A DNA stretch of 63,717 bases, filler included, from Octopus bimaculoides (taxonomy: Eukaryota), in NCBI RefSeq assembly GCF_001194135.2. It is 8 parts of 6 records of this genome, joined end to end, with 100 filler letters (N's around TTAATTAATTAA, not from the genome) between each part and the next. Parts side by side here need not be neighbours in the genome. Positions count along the whole stretch, not along the records: positions 13,939 to 17,487 come from NC_068986.1; positions 17,588 to 33,944 come from NC_068982.1; 6 more parts are not named here. One strand, written 5' to 3'. The notes under the pieces are model-generated. The model did not search any database. It saw nothing but the letters and a program-made list of their open reading frames with translations, and had not been told where the DNA came from. The position numbers were made by a program, and so were the translations under genes. This document shows positions 14,001 through 27,533 of the stretch, one piece after another; the stretch's first letter is position 1; each line of letters starts with the position of its first letter.

Positions 14001-14235
14001 TAGGGTGGTCCAAAAGTAGGTTTACACTTATCTCGTAGGCACTTTAAATTTCTTTCAAAACATTTTAATACATTTAAATTTCTATCATTCAAAATTAAAA
14101 GGGAGCTTGACAGAATTAACTAAATTAGCATAGAATAATGATTTCATATTATTTTGTAATTAAGATCTAAACTGTTAATATATGAATGCAAAAGAGATAG
14201 TTGAATAACTGTAAACCTACTTTTGGGTCACCCTG
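14001..14235. mobile_element. Tc1/mariner-type MITE, 235 bp
   Basis: 26-bp terminal inverted repeats, (t/c)AGGGTG(gt/ac)CCAAAAGTAGGTTTACA, at 14001-14026 and 14210-14235, flanked by TA on both sides. Confidence 0.85.
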
Positions 14236-14583
14236 TATATACATATATGTATACATTAAAGATATATGTCTACGCATACACGCGTGTGTGAGTATGTATT
14301 TAGATATATATACATATGTGTATGTGTGTGTGTGTGTATATATGTGTGCATATGCGGTTTCTATGGACCTATGAACGAAGTTTTACTTTCCCCATGCTTA
14401 TTGGAGAAAATTTCCCTTTATTCAACGTTTTTTTTTTCATAGCGTTTTTGTTTGTCTTAATGACTAACGAGCTGCTGGAGCAGACTTCAGCCTCGATATC
14501 GGGAACTCTGAGTTTTATTATGACAACCAACTAGTCGTCACATATTATATATATGGAGAGATGTACTTGCATAGCAAGTGACC

Positions 14584-14895
14584 TGATCTGAAATCGTGTG
14601 CTGGAACGAAAACAATTGCAGCGTGGAAGGTGTTTATAAGCCATTTAAGAAACACGCAAACACCGTTAGATTCGCTTCAACATTGAAATTTAATTTGCCA
14701 AAAGATTTTCGTCGCTTTGAGACCGCACGAAATTTTGTCAGTGAACAGGTCGCGGTCTCAAAGCGACGAAAATCTTTTGGCAAATTAAATTTAGATGTTG
14801 AAGCGAATCTAATGGTTTTTTGCGTGTTTCTTAAATGGCTTATAAACACCTTCCACGCTGCAATTGTTTTCGTTCCAGCACACGATTTCAGATCA
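14584..14895. repeat. Long fold-back palindrome (about 143-bp arms, 25-bp spacer), probable MITE or foldback element, cut by a gap
   Basis: 14584-14726 is the near-exact reverse complement of 14752-14895, with a few mismatches. Confidence 0.9.
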
Positions 14896-16649
14896 NNNNN
14901 NNNNNNNNNNNNNNNNNNNNNNNNNNNNNNNNNNNNNNNNNNNNNNNNNNNNNNNNNNNNNNNNNNNNNNNNNNNNNNNNNNNNNNNNNNNNNNNNNNNN
15001 NNNNNNNNNNNNNNNNNNNNNNNNNNNNNNNNNNNNNNNNNNNNNNNNNNNNNNNNNNNNNNNNNNNNNNNNNNNNNNNNNNNNNNNNNNNNNNNNNNNN
15101 NNNNNNNNNNNNNNNNNNNNNNNNNNNNNNNNNNNNNNNNNNNNNNNNNNNNNNNNNNNNNNNNNNNNNNNNNNNNNNNNNNNNNNNNNNNNNNNNNNNN
15201 NNNNNNNNNNNNNNNNNNNNNNNNNNNNNNNNNNNNNNNNNNNNNNNNNNNNNNNNNNNNNNNNNNNNNNNNNNNNNNNNNNNNNNNNNNNNNNNNNNNN
15301 NNNNNNNNNNNNNNNNNNNNNNNNNNNNNNNNNNNNNNNTTTGCAAACCTAGTACTTATTCTATCGGTCTCTTCTGCCGAACCACTAAGTTATGAAGATG
15401 TATGGCACCAGTATCGGGAGGACAAACACAGACACAACCATATACACACACATACATATATATATACATATGTATATATATACAACGGGCTTCTTTCAGT
15501 TTCCGTCTACCAAATCCACTTACATGGCTTTGGTCCAGCAGGATTAAAAATGCGACCTATCAGAGGCTTGAAGAGCTCGTCCGTCGCAGAAAAGTCATGG
15601 ATGATCCATTGCTGGACAAGAGGCAGGAAACACCAGGTATCTATGTGTTGAAATGCATTATGGTAAAACTAAATGCAAATGCCTTTGCGGTATCTGTTTG
15701 AGTTTGGGGAAAAAGCGACCGTGGCTTCAGTTGCTTGTTACAAGGTTTTTCAAAGGATCGTGTCGATAAATATTCCGAAGAACCAAACTAAGACTTAAAA
15801 CAATGTAAAACCTTTATAGTTTAACCTTGCTTTGTACGAGTGTTTTATTTATGTGGAAAAGTACAATACATAACTGATGCGATAAAGAGATATTGAGATA
15901 TTCTTGGAATATTGTAGAGATTGCTGAAACAAGATGGAGATATATCATGACAGATAATGGGCATAAAATACAGTTTCGAAGGGAGGAAAACAAGCATGAA
16001 AAGGATTTAGGTTCCACGGTGCATAAAGATGCCTTTTATAGTCTATAATACATTGTGCACAGTTCTACAACAAAATATACACAATAGGACAGGCAGTTAA
16101 ACCATAGAGTATCATAATAATCCAAATTTATATTCCAGCTATAATGCTAAAATAGAGAATTACTATGAAAATAAAGATAATAATTGAAAAAAAAGAAAGT
16201 AATGCACAACTGTTAATGAAATCTAGATAAATAAATTGACTGCAATAGAAAAACTGGATCACATGCTCATGCTGCGTCGAAAAGAGTACTTGGTTAAAAT
16301 GGCTTGGACAAGCATTGGCAGTTTGCAGAGTGAAATTATTTGAATTTATAAACAACTCTAATTATAGCAAATTCGAAAAATTAGCTCATACCATCAACAA
16401 GAACAACACGCCCGATGTATGGTGGGCAGATGTATAGTAACAAGACAAAGTATTTTCTTGTTCCAAAAATATATCACTCGAGTTTGTAGAGATAGTTAAC
16501 AATTCCATACTTTTATTCTCTGACTGCGGCCATACTGGAGCACAACCTTGAAGTGTTTTAGTCGAACAAATCGACTTCAGGACTTCTTTCTTAAGCCTAC
16601 TACTTATTCTATCGGTTTCTTATGGAGAACCGCTAATTTACAGGGTCGT

Positions 16650-17412
16650 AAAAATATCTTGATATACTAAGAACAATTTATTCAATAAAACCGCCATTGG
16701 CTCCAATCACGACCTCCAAATGACTTCGGAATCTCTTGCAGCTCTTCTGGATGGTCTCCTTGTTTAAGCTGGTCAATGCTGCCATAATCCTTACCTTCAC
16801 TTCATCTTTGGTGTTACAAGGAGTTTCGTTGGTCTCTCGCTCAACTGCACCCCACACATAATAAATCAAGGGGATTGCAGTCTGGGGAGTAAGGTGGACA
16901 GATGTTAGGGGTGATGTAGTCGCAGAAATTGTCTGTCAGCCGTGACTGAGTTCTTCTGTTTGTGTGACATGGTGCAGTGTCTTGTTGCCAGAAATAAGGT
17001 CTTCCAGCAGCCAACTTATTGACTCCAGGTTAGCACTACTTCTTCAAGGTGCTTGATGTAGGCTTCCGCGTTGAGACTAAGGCTGTGTGGGAAGATGAAT
17101 GGAGGCATAACGTCGCCATTACTAGTGATCACTCCAAGCACCATGATGTTGACTGGGAGTTTGATTTTTATCACTCTCGGTACATGTTTTTGGAACTCAG
17201 ATTGACAGCCAACTGTCTGAAATGTTCGTATTGGAACTTCCGACGCGAATGCCAAGCAATACAGCATGTCGTTTCCAAATTTCTGGCAGAGTGAATTGCG
17301 TCATGGTGCTGTTTTTCTCACAGACGTCTTATACCTATAGACGACAAAATCAAAGCAAACAATGCACATGCGCGAAATAATAAAGATATAAAATGGCGAC
17401 AATTTATCCATC
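16650..17412 (-). mobile_element. Degenerate, internally deleted DD37D (maT-family) Tc1/mariner element
   Basis: Remnant frames MTQFTLPEIWKRHAVLLGIR (ATG at 17304), PVNIMVLGVITSNGDVMPPFIFP, QQDTAPCH..SPDCNPLD and YYVWGAVERETN..KSCKRFRSHLEVVIGANGGFIE, with frameshifts. Confidence 0.85.
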
Positions 17413-17606
17413 GTAGCATGTATGTATGTATGTATGTATGTATGTATGTATGTATGTATGTATGTATATATATACATATATATATGTNNNNNNNNNNNNN
17501 NNNNNNNNNNNNNNNNNNNNNNNNNNNNNNNTTAATTAATTAANNNNNNNNNNNNNNNNNNNNNNNNNNNNNNNNNNNNNNNNNNNNAAATATATATATA
17601 TATATT

Positions 17607-17685
<79 letters not shown>

Positions 17686-18277
17686 CTGTGCGCTCGCGTA
17701 TGTGAGTGAGTGTCATACGTGCGCGTCTGTATGTGCTTATCTTCAGCGCCCAAAAGTACTGTCGGCAAAACAGGCTGAATTTCTAGTCAGCCGAACCAAA
17801 CCTTCACCGCCCAAACAGCCGTGCCCAATCGACTCAGTCCACATTAAACAGTAAGCAATCACATGTACCTTGAGAGGTTTCAGTGGGTAACAATACGACG
17901 CTACTTCAAACGAAATGAAACACGCATGGATTATAATTATAAGACGATAACACTGAATAATTTTCTGTAACGCAGTACTTGATGCTCTAGTAACTATATA
18001 TAGCTTTCGAAGCATGAGTGAGTTGCTGTAAACTTTATTTAAATTTTCTGTATGCAATTTGTGAAGGATAAATTCTTTACAACAAAATATATAATTGATT
18101 GCAATCATAACTTGACGTATATAAAAGATAAGGAAAACAAGCAACAATACAATACAAAGAGATACCATGACCCAAGGAGTGGGTCATATGCTGGAACATG
18201 AGGCACATGGATTAAAAATTTGTATACTGTTGAATGTAGTGATTTATTGTTTCTTTTGCGGGATGTATTAGGTACCG

Positions 18278-18532
18278 TGGATGCGCGTGGCTTAGTGGTT
18301 AGTGTGTTGGACTCATGATCGTAAGATTGTGGTTTCGATTTCTGGAACGGGCCACGCGTTGTTCGTGAGCAAAACACTTCATTCCATGTTAGTTCAGTCC
18401 ACTCAGCTGGCAAAAATGAGTAATCCTGCGACGGAGCGGTGTCCCGTCCAGGTGAGGAATTTATACGCCATGGGAACCGGGAAACCGGCCCTTATGAGTC
18501 TGTATGACTCGGGAAGGAACTTTACTTTACTA
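18278..18532 (+). mobile_element. tRNA-derived SINE, family B head with a different 3' tail ending in (ACTTT)n
   Basis: GCGTGGCTTAGTGGTTAG..GGTTTCGATTTC head, CAGTCCACTCAGCTGGCAAAAATGAGTAATCCTGCGACGG..GTCCCGTCCAGG centre and an ACTTTACTTTAC tail. Related degenerate heads lie at about 6833-7075 and 54050-54290. Confidence 0.65.
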
Positions 18533-18539
18533 CGGGGTA

Positions 18540-18910
18540 TCAGGTAGGGATAGCACTTTTGACAAGGGAACACGTCGCATTATTAGGGGTGGCACCCACA
18601 CTCACCAGTGGATCTAAGTAGCAGTTTGTATGCAGTGGTGGCCACACACCGGCAAACCATCTCAACAGGCAGGCTAGACCATGTGAAGGTAGCTTACGGG
18701 TGTGTAACTTTTGATAAGTTAGGGCTTGCCTACTTGTACATGTGACGACTGGATCTGGCGGACTCTGCGGAGGAAACCTCCGTGGGTCAGCAGAGGGGAA
18801 GGCTGCTGCGACGACGAATTGTAGAGTGCAGACAGCAAGATGAGGAAAACAAGACATCCATCTCCATCCCGAGTCGTCTTGACCTGGTCTTGCCATTGGA
18901 TTGATGGTGG
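18540..18910. mobile_element. GC-rich unclassified repeat, possibly a non-LTR retrotransposon 5' region
   Basis: Abrupt GC-rich island directly after a SINE. No recognisable protein motif in either strand. Confidence 0.3.
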
Positions 18911-19100
18911 TCACGGACTAGAAAGCGAAGTTGATGGTGCCCATCTCTTTCTCATTTTAAACAAAGTCAGCGCGCAAATCATCAGTCAGTTCGAGGTTGA
19001 TCAGATGGTCATCGTTGCCTCGTCGGAGGAACATGCGCATTATAGACACATAACTCTACATGCCGTGTGTATGCAAAGAGAGAGAAAGAAAGAGAGATAG

Positions 19101-19177
<77 letters not shown>

Positions 19178-20332
19178 GAGAGAGAGAACGGTTACAAAAG
19201 TTATCTCCTTACAGACTTACTAATACCCTTTCCAAAAGAGGTTTTATTACCGAAGTGCCGGATCTGTGAGTTTTATTTCGTGAAGAGATTAAAATAGAAT
19301 AAAATGAAAATAAAACAAAATAGCAATCACTGGCTGCCCAAATGACCAACTTTAGTAGGAATATATCATAGTGTCTTGAAGCTGGAGTTTAACTAAAATA
19401 AAACGAAGAAAAAGAAATGTTTTATAGCTTTGAAAACAAAAAGATCAAGAAGAAAAAAGAAGAGTAATATCAACAAAGTACATTAATGTTAACAACAATA
19501 ACAACAACAACGTCTATCAAGAAAAATAAAAAGAAGCTTAAAATGAAAACAACAACAAGAACAACAACAATAACTAAAGTAACAATCAACATAAAACAAA
19601 ATACGCCCCAAAAAACCACTTACAAGAAAAAATATCCCTAAAAGGATCAGAAAAAGAAAAGAACAAAAAAGAGTATCTTGAAAGAATTAAAACATGCTGG
19701 AATGGTAAAAGTCACGTAACATCTTAAAATCTTCAGATAAGTCGTAAAATATCAATTAGAAATGGTGTAAAATGAAACCGGAGCTGGTGGTTCGGTAGAA
19801 ATGGCGAAACAGGCAAAACAAAATGACAGGATTCTAACAACGGAATGAAAAGAGATAAGGGAGATAAATCTGGGCCAAGAATACCTCTGCCTGGATGAAG
19901 TAAATGTCATAGAAAGTCCTTAAAGAAACTGAAATTAGTAAAATGTTGCTTAAATGTCGCAGTACAAACGATTTTTAATTGAGCTTTTGTGCAATGATAG
20001 GGTTTAGTAGTAGATGTAAGAATAATAGCAGTTGAGGTGGTAACGATAGTGGTAATCGGCGTTGTTAATGTTGCTGTTGTTTATTCCTAGACCAGCAAAT
20101 ATCGAGCAGACGAATAAAAAATTAAAAAATCATTCAACCTAGACATTGTGGTTTTTTCACAGTAAATTGTGGACCCGTGGTCGGGTTATTAGCTCTGAGC
20201 ATCGACGGGATTTGAATTGCTTGGCGGAATTTGAAACTAGAATGCAGAGAGCCGGAACGCATAGCATAGGATATCTGTCATCTACTCCAACACTTCCACG
20301 AATTCATTGCCCATATATATATATATATATCT

Positions 20333-20370
<38 letters not shown>

Positions 20371-21995
20371 CTTTGTGTCTGTGTTTGTCCCCCCACCACC
20401 GCTTATGTTCCCAGTGTTGGTTTGCATATGTTTCCGCAACCTAGCGGTTCGGTTAAAGAGACCTATAGAACAAGGACCAGGCTTAAAAATATATTACTGG
20501 GGTCGATTCATTCGACTACAAGTTCTTCAAGGTGGTGCCCCAGTATGGTCGCAGTCCAATGACTGAAACAGATAAATGATAAAAGAAAATATACATACTG
20601 GATTTATTTCATTCACTTTTTCATCAGTCAATTCGTTAATATGTAACCAATTAATTAATCGATTGTTTGCTTAATCATTCGGCCGATCAATCAGTCCACT
20701 GGTTAGTCCTTTTGTCGTCATTCACGGCCTCATGAATGATACACCTTCTCTATTCCAGGTCTGCTTCTGGTTGTCACAAATATCTACAAAATGACTTTTA
20801 CAAACCCAGGTGATTGATTTATTCACCAGATCCAATCCATCACTAGAACTGTAAAAACTTGTAAAACTTTTCAGAAGTTTAGCATTTAAATATATATGAG
20901 CATGCCTAGATATACAACTATATGCATGGGAATACATGCATAAAGCAGAATATACAAATCGGCATATATACATACATGCAAACAAAAATGCTCTGTTTTT
21001 GATGTTGAAGTTCCAATGAAGGAGCCTTGGATCTAGGTTAGAAACCGGCTCTTTCTCTATAGGCAAGACATTTTGAAATAAAATTGAATAATAACATACA
21101 TACATACATACATACATCCGGAACTTGAGAATTTGGCCAGGTATCGTTGTGTTGAACAACAAATAAAAGATACGTTCTGCCGTGGAAATCAGCTACCCTT
21201 CGAATACGAATGTGATTAGAAAAATACGAAAAAGAGGACATGCATAGGCCATTGATAAGAGTTTGCAAATCCAGTACTCAAAGTACACTTTCAGCTTCGT
21301 ACCTATTATTATTGAATATATTTCAACCCGTCTGGAGCAAAGTATGGCTGAACTTTGGAATCTTGGGGAGAGAAAGTAAATCCTTAATTCATATGCTATA
21401 AATGATCACGATATCTAAGACTATAAATGTCTGCAAAACCTTCTTAAGATTTAAAGGCTGATGGTTAAAGCAAGATACTTTCCTTCACAACCTTGCTACC
21501 GAGTAGGTGGTCAAAATTTACACCAAATCAAAAAGAGGAAGAGAACATACATACATACATACATATGTATATGTGTATGTATATGGACAAGTCTATGGAC
21601 TAGAACAGTCACACTGGAATATACTTTATTTTACTTGCATAATGCATCTGCACACATCATACTGAAATGATTCGCAAGCAGACGTTCATAATTGGGAGTA
21701 TGTCTCCAAATGATTTATTCCCCTTACATTTTGATCAAGGGTAGATGAAAGGATTTTTTCAAAATTAATTTTCATAAATATAACAGAAGATGCATAGATT
21801 TATTTCTGTTTCATGTTCCATTTTCGCACACCCATCAGAGAATACAGAGACGATTGAAGATCCAAAATTGTGCTACAAATCTTTAAGTACTCTCTGTTTA
21901 GAGGCAATTTTGACTCCCTAGAGTTCTAGCGTCTAGAATAGCTATTAGTGCTTCTTTAAAGATCTAATTTTGTATAAAACCAAGCACAAAACTTG

Positions 21996-22062
21996 AACTA
22001 GTTTTGCTCCCGGAACTTCAAAGGCACATAACTAGCTTCGTTCCCGGAACTTCAAGGCACAT
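21996..22062. repeat. 34/33-bp tandem duplication
   Basis: AACTAGTTTTGCTCCCGGAACTTCAAAGGCACAT followed by AACTAGCTTCGTTCCCGGAACTTCAAGGCACAT. Confidence 0.85.
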
Positions 22063-22339
22063 TACACATATTATCAACTCCTGTTCATCAGCCATTAAAT
22101 CACCCTATCTGTTTATTGCTACCTATTTCGGACAGAATGTCTGAAACGTAATGAAGTTCAGGACCTCGCCCAAATAGATCGGGCAGTAACCAGTGGCAAG
22201 GTGAGGAATCTTTAACTCATGACCTGGAAGGTCAACACAAACGAGAAACCACCCACTCGTCATCGAGACCGAATATCAAATCTCCATCATCGTTGATGTA
22301 CACTAATTAAGTTATTCAGTCATTAACTCATACCATACA

Positions 22340-22722
22340 CACATACCCCCACACACATGCATGCATACAAACATATATATATATACACACACATAGAGAC
22401 ATACATATATACACACATACAGCATACATCCATATTACACACACACACACACACACACATGCATACATACACACATATATACATGCATACATACACATAC
22501 ATGCATACGTATGTACATAAAAACATACAAGAAAGCATTCNNNNNNNNNNCGTATGTACATAAAAACATACAAGAAAGCATTCATACATACAAGCATTAA
22601 TGGACATACATACATACATACATATATACATACATGCATACACATGTACAAACTTACATAAATACATAAATACATTGATACTTATATATAGATACGTACA
22701 TATGCATGCATAAAACATTCAC

Positions 22723-22757
<35 letters not shown>

Positions 22758-22785
22758 NNNNNNNNNNNNNNNNNNNNNNNNNNNN

Positions 22786-22836
<51 letters not shown>
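22340..22836. repeat. Compound (CA)/(TA)/(CATA) low-complexity tract
   Basis: Direct reading. Comparable tracts lie at about 2574-2700, 12828-12970, 17416-17690, 25020-25172, 32260-32570 and 53040-53270. Confidence 0.9.
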
Positions 22837-22837
<1 letters not shown>

Positions 22838-25108
22838 GTCCTGGCATACTTGAATGACGTAAACTAAAAAACAACAATAAATTTTCAAGTGTTTTAAGTT
22901 TTTCTTTAATCACTTTACATAACCTTTAATGATATATCTTCCTAAATTTCTCCCCTTTTCTTTACTCTTATTTTTTTTCTTCTTCTCTCACCGTTTCTTC
23001 TGAGTATTAATAACCTAATACTTACCAGGATCTTCAGACCAAAATACCGTCATGCTACACTTAAAAAGTTAAACTCTACTTCTACAGATTATTCCTTTCA
23101 ACCTCGAGCCCCCCACTCATTCTCCTAATGATAACCTTACCTGACTCAACGCCCTTAGACTATTATGTGAGTCACAAGACGCTTACAATGCTTTTACGTG
23201 TCACCCCGTTGCCAACCTTCATCTGTTTGGAATCTAATTTCTGCTACTGATGTTACTGCATCTGTTATTGTTGCCATTAGATTGTTGATTCTTTTGTTCT
23301 TACTGTTTGCTTTATTGTTTCGTTTATTTATTTATTTATTTATTTATTTTTTAAAAATTGTCTTCTTTTCTTCTTACGACGTGCAAAAGTCTAAAATTGC
23401 AGCTGGTAAGATACAAAAATTTGAACGTGGAGATTAAAAACTTTACGGTTTAAAGTTTGGCTGTAATTTTGTTTCTTTAAGCGTCACATAGTTCCATGAG
23501 GGTTATTGCATCACAGTTTTGGTAATGCAAACAGTAATGGATAATGATGATGATGATGATGAAAATAATAATGATGATGATGACAACGACGATGATGAAA
23601 ATTATGAAGATGACGACCGCAGTATCTTGCCTATCAACGGTATATATACATTAAGTAAGATACATAAATATCTGTTTTAATTTAATACTACTTCAATTGC
23701 GTACACCAGATTTTTTTTCAGCCCCACAGCTATTGGCAGTATCAGTGAATGCACTATTCACTGTTTTCTATATATTGGAAGAAGCGACGAATTTTGTTTA
23801 AGCATGAGGCTGTTTTCGTTAGCTGCTGCTAGGGTGAGTTTCCGATATATAGTGTGTGTGTGTGTGTGTGTGTGTTTTTTTAAACGCAACACGTCTATAA
23901 GAGATTTTATCTCGGACGAAACTACAGTATCTTGTATATACGTTAAATATGATACATAGATGGCTTTTAATAATCTTGTTTTGCTAGAGTTATTTTATTT
24001 AATGATGAGTTTAATGATGCTGATGGAAACTTAACAGAAGGTTGTTAATTTAATGTAATAAACCGCGTTGTATGTAAGACCTCTTTTCTCCTATAATATA
24101 TGGGATAGTTAGACATAGTGAACTGTTAAAGGAAAGAACATAGGGATATAGTTAGACCCCCTCCCACCCCAAACCTCTATAGGCTAAGGTAGTTCAATAG
24201 TTTCAGATATGTAGAAATATTCTTTTATCCTTTTACTAGTTTCGTTCACTGGATTGCGGCCATACTGGGGCACCGTCTTGAAAGGTTTAGTCGAACAGAT
24301 CTATCCCCAGTATTTATTTACTTATAAGCTTAGTTACTTAATATATCGTTCGTTTTTGCTGAATCTCTTAATTGCTGGGACATAAATGAACCAATATCGG
24401 TAACCAAACGGTAGAGGGGACTAACGCATAAAAAACACACAAAGAAAAACATACACACTCAAGCGCGCGCGCACACACACACATACACACGTATGGCTGC
24501 AATGAAAATTAAAAAAAAAACAATTAAAAGATAAAAAGATTGATTAATTTTGATGATCACAATGTTTCATTTGTTATTACTGTTTTCAGGATATGATACA
24601 TTCGTATAAAATCTTTAATATCATTTGGCCTTGAAATCTATGTTTTTAATCCATGTTTTCATATAAGATTAAACTATTGGCGAAGTCCGTCACAATCACT
24701 GAACAAAAACATCTACGAAAACAACCAGAGATCAATATGTTCTGTCTGTGTTAACATTAAGCCGACATAAACATGCACAAATAAACGTCTTAGAAAACGT
24801 GATGTATGGATCATGTCTGCATTGAGCTCATAACTTAAACTGCGCAGCGATTCGTCCCTTCATCAACCTGTTAGCCTGATTTCATTCGCTTTCCTTTATC
24901 CATTTTCGCTTCTCTTTCTTCACCTTTTCTTTCTAACATACCCCTCACGCGCTCATTTATGAACACCTTTATATCCTACTACATCATTTAGGGTCAAACA
25001 AGCTAACACGCGTGTCCGTTTGTGTGTCTGCTTGTATGTGTGTGTGTGTGTATGCATACATACATACATACATACATACATACATACTTACATATATCTA
25101 TCTATATA

Positions 25109-25141
<33 letters not shown>

Positions 25142-26740
25142 GTCTATATATGTATTATATATATATATATATNNNNNNNNNNNNNNNNNNNNNNNNNNNN
25201 NNNNNNNNNNNNNNNNNNNNNNNNNNNNNNNNNNNNNNNNNNNNNNNNNNNNNNNNNNNNNNNNNNNNNNNNNNNNNNNNNNNNNNNNNNNNNNNNNNNN
25301 NNNNNNNNNNNNNNNNNNNNNNNNNNNNNNNNNNNNNNNNNNNNNNNNNNNNNNNNNNNNNNNNNNNNNNNNNNNNNNNNNNNNNNNNNNNNNNNNNNNN
25401 NNNNNNNNNNNNNNNNNNNNNNNNNNNNNNNNNNNNNNNNNNNNNNNNNNNNNNNNNNNNNNNNNNNNNNNNNNNNNNNNNNNNNNNNNNNNNNNNNNNN
25501 NNNNNNNNNNNNNNNNNNNNNNNNNNNNNNNNNNNNNNNNNNNNNNNNNNNNNNNNNNNNNNNNNNNNNNNNNNNNNNNNNNNNNNNNNNNNNNNNNNNN
25601 NNNNNNNNNNNNNNNNNNNNNNNNNNNNNNNNNNNNNNNNNNNNNNNNNNNNNNNNNNNNNNNNNNNNNNNNNNNNNNNNNNNNNNNNNNNNNNNNNNNN
25701 NNNNNNNNNNNNNNNNNNNNNNNNNNNNNNNNNNNNNNNNNNNNNNNNNNNNNNNNNNNNNNNNNNNNNNNNNNNNNNNNNNNNNNNNNNNNNNNNNNNN
25801 NNNNNNNNNNNNNNNNNNNNNNNNNNNNNNNNNNNNNNNNNNNNNNNNNNNNNNNNNNNNNNNNNNNNNNNNNNNNCACCACCACCGCCACCACCACCAC
25901 TTCTTACAACAACGACGACGACCCAAATCTCCGTCATTTATAACAAGAGTATAATCTTTCTTTTTCTCTTCTCTTTCCCTCACTTTTATACATTTTGTTT
26001 TTACTTCTGATTTCATTTCTTAGGCAAGTGAACCACCCGTATACTACAACTTACACAATACCCAACCACCGGATGTATTATGATTACTTTTTACACCACC
26101 TACCTCACCTTTCACCTCTTCCCTTCCATTCACTTCTGTCACCTCTCTCCTCCCACCGCTCACTACACCGCCTCTCTCTCCTCTCTCCCCTCCTCACGTT
26201 TCTTACCTGTCCTACCAATCTTACCTGTCTGTCGTTATTATTGACACTAAGTGAGCGACGTTTCTGCTAACACATTACGTTTTTCCTCAAATCCACACCC
26301 ACACTTCTCTCTGTCTCTGCCTCTGTCTTTGTCTCTCTCTCTCTATCTATCTACCTATATCTATATATACACATACCGAAGTTCAGAAATAGCAGCTAAA
26401 AATGCTGAAACNNNNNNNNNNNNNNNNNNNNNNNNNNNNNNNNNNNNNNNNNNNNNNNNNNNNNNNNNNNNNNNNNNNNNNNNNNNNNNNNNNNNNNNNN
26501 NNNNNNNNNNNGTGTGTGTGTGTGTCTGTGTGTGTCTGTGTGTGTCTGTGTGTGTGTCTGTCTGTCGGTCTTTATTTCTCTCCCTCCCTCTCCCCCCTCT
26601 CTCTCTATATATATTAAGTGAAAGAGAAAGAGAAAGAAAGAAAGAGAGAAAAAAAAAGAAAGAAGAGAGAGAAATGAAGAGATAGATAGATAAATAGATT
26701 GATAGATAGATGCATAGATGTATATGTATATATAAATGTA

Positions 26741-27533
26741 TAAGGTGCATTCCAGAAATTTTGAGACATTTTCAGGAGAGGCTTTCATTAATTTCAAAGA
26801 AGTGCAAAACTCCTGTCTCCTTCAAAGTAGGATCCTTTGACTTCGATGCACTTGTTGCAGCGCTCTGGCCACTTTGTGTAGGTCCCCATGGAAGTCTCGC
26901 GAAGTGAAATGTCTAGGACTCTTGTCACAGCCTCCGTCATCTCCTTCAGCTTTGTGAACAGCCATAAGTCACAGGGAGCAAGGTCTGATCTGTAGAGAGG
27001 ATGAGGGACAGTTTTGATGCCCATCTCTGTCAAGTAGTTGGCTACCAGGATGGAAGTGGACTGGTACATTGTCCTGGTAAAGTTGTTCTTGCCTTTTGCG
27101 ATGAAATCTCTTCCGAGAGTGCCTCAAACCTTCCACAAAGTATTCTTTGTTGACTGTCTGGACAGAAGGAACCCAGTAGTGTAAATGATGCCCTGCAATC
27201 GAAAAGAGGGGAGCATCAGTAGCTTCCCGGTGAACTTGCTTCGCCTGGCTTCGTGTACCAGCGAAAAACAGGTGTTCGGGTTTTACAAGTTACTCCATAA
27301 GCAGCGTGGAGCATTTCATAAGTTTCTATAGCGTTAATGTTTAACACATAACTTTATTGCATAACGAGCTTCGTAACATCCTGACTGCATTCTGAAAACT
27401 AGTCAGCTGTGACTATCAATGTTTACTAGGGTGCGTTCAATGTTAGCAGGTCAACTTATTAGATATATAGTAATGATACACTTAAATTACTGCATCGCCT
27501 AAAACTACGTCAAAAGTTTTGGAATGCACCTCG
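26741..27533 (-). mobile_element. Internally deleted mariner (DD34D) with both TIRs
   Basis: Remnant QDNVPVH/TSILVANYLTEMGIKTVPHPLYRSDLAPCDLW. TIRs TAAGGTGCATTCCAGAAATTTTGA (26741) and TCAAAAGTTTTGGAATGCACCTCG (27510-27533). Confidence 0.8.

Noticed and set aside
15540-15790. Coding-looking stretch RIKNATYQRLEELVRRRKVMDDPLLDK
   Set aside because: No recognisable family and no good splice sites. It directly abuts a SINE and is probably a TE remnant.
23026-23053. Possible alternative first coding exon MTVFWSEDP|GTAAGT (minus)
   Set aside because: Only an ATG plus a donor, with no homology, which is expected by chance in 60 kb.
25012-26016. Long ORFs of 150-400 aa across N-runs (also about 14.9, 32.6, 41.0, 46.2 and 49.2 kb)
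   Set aside because: They consist of X residues and microsatellite translations.
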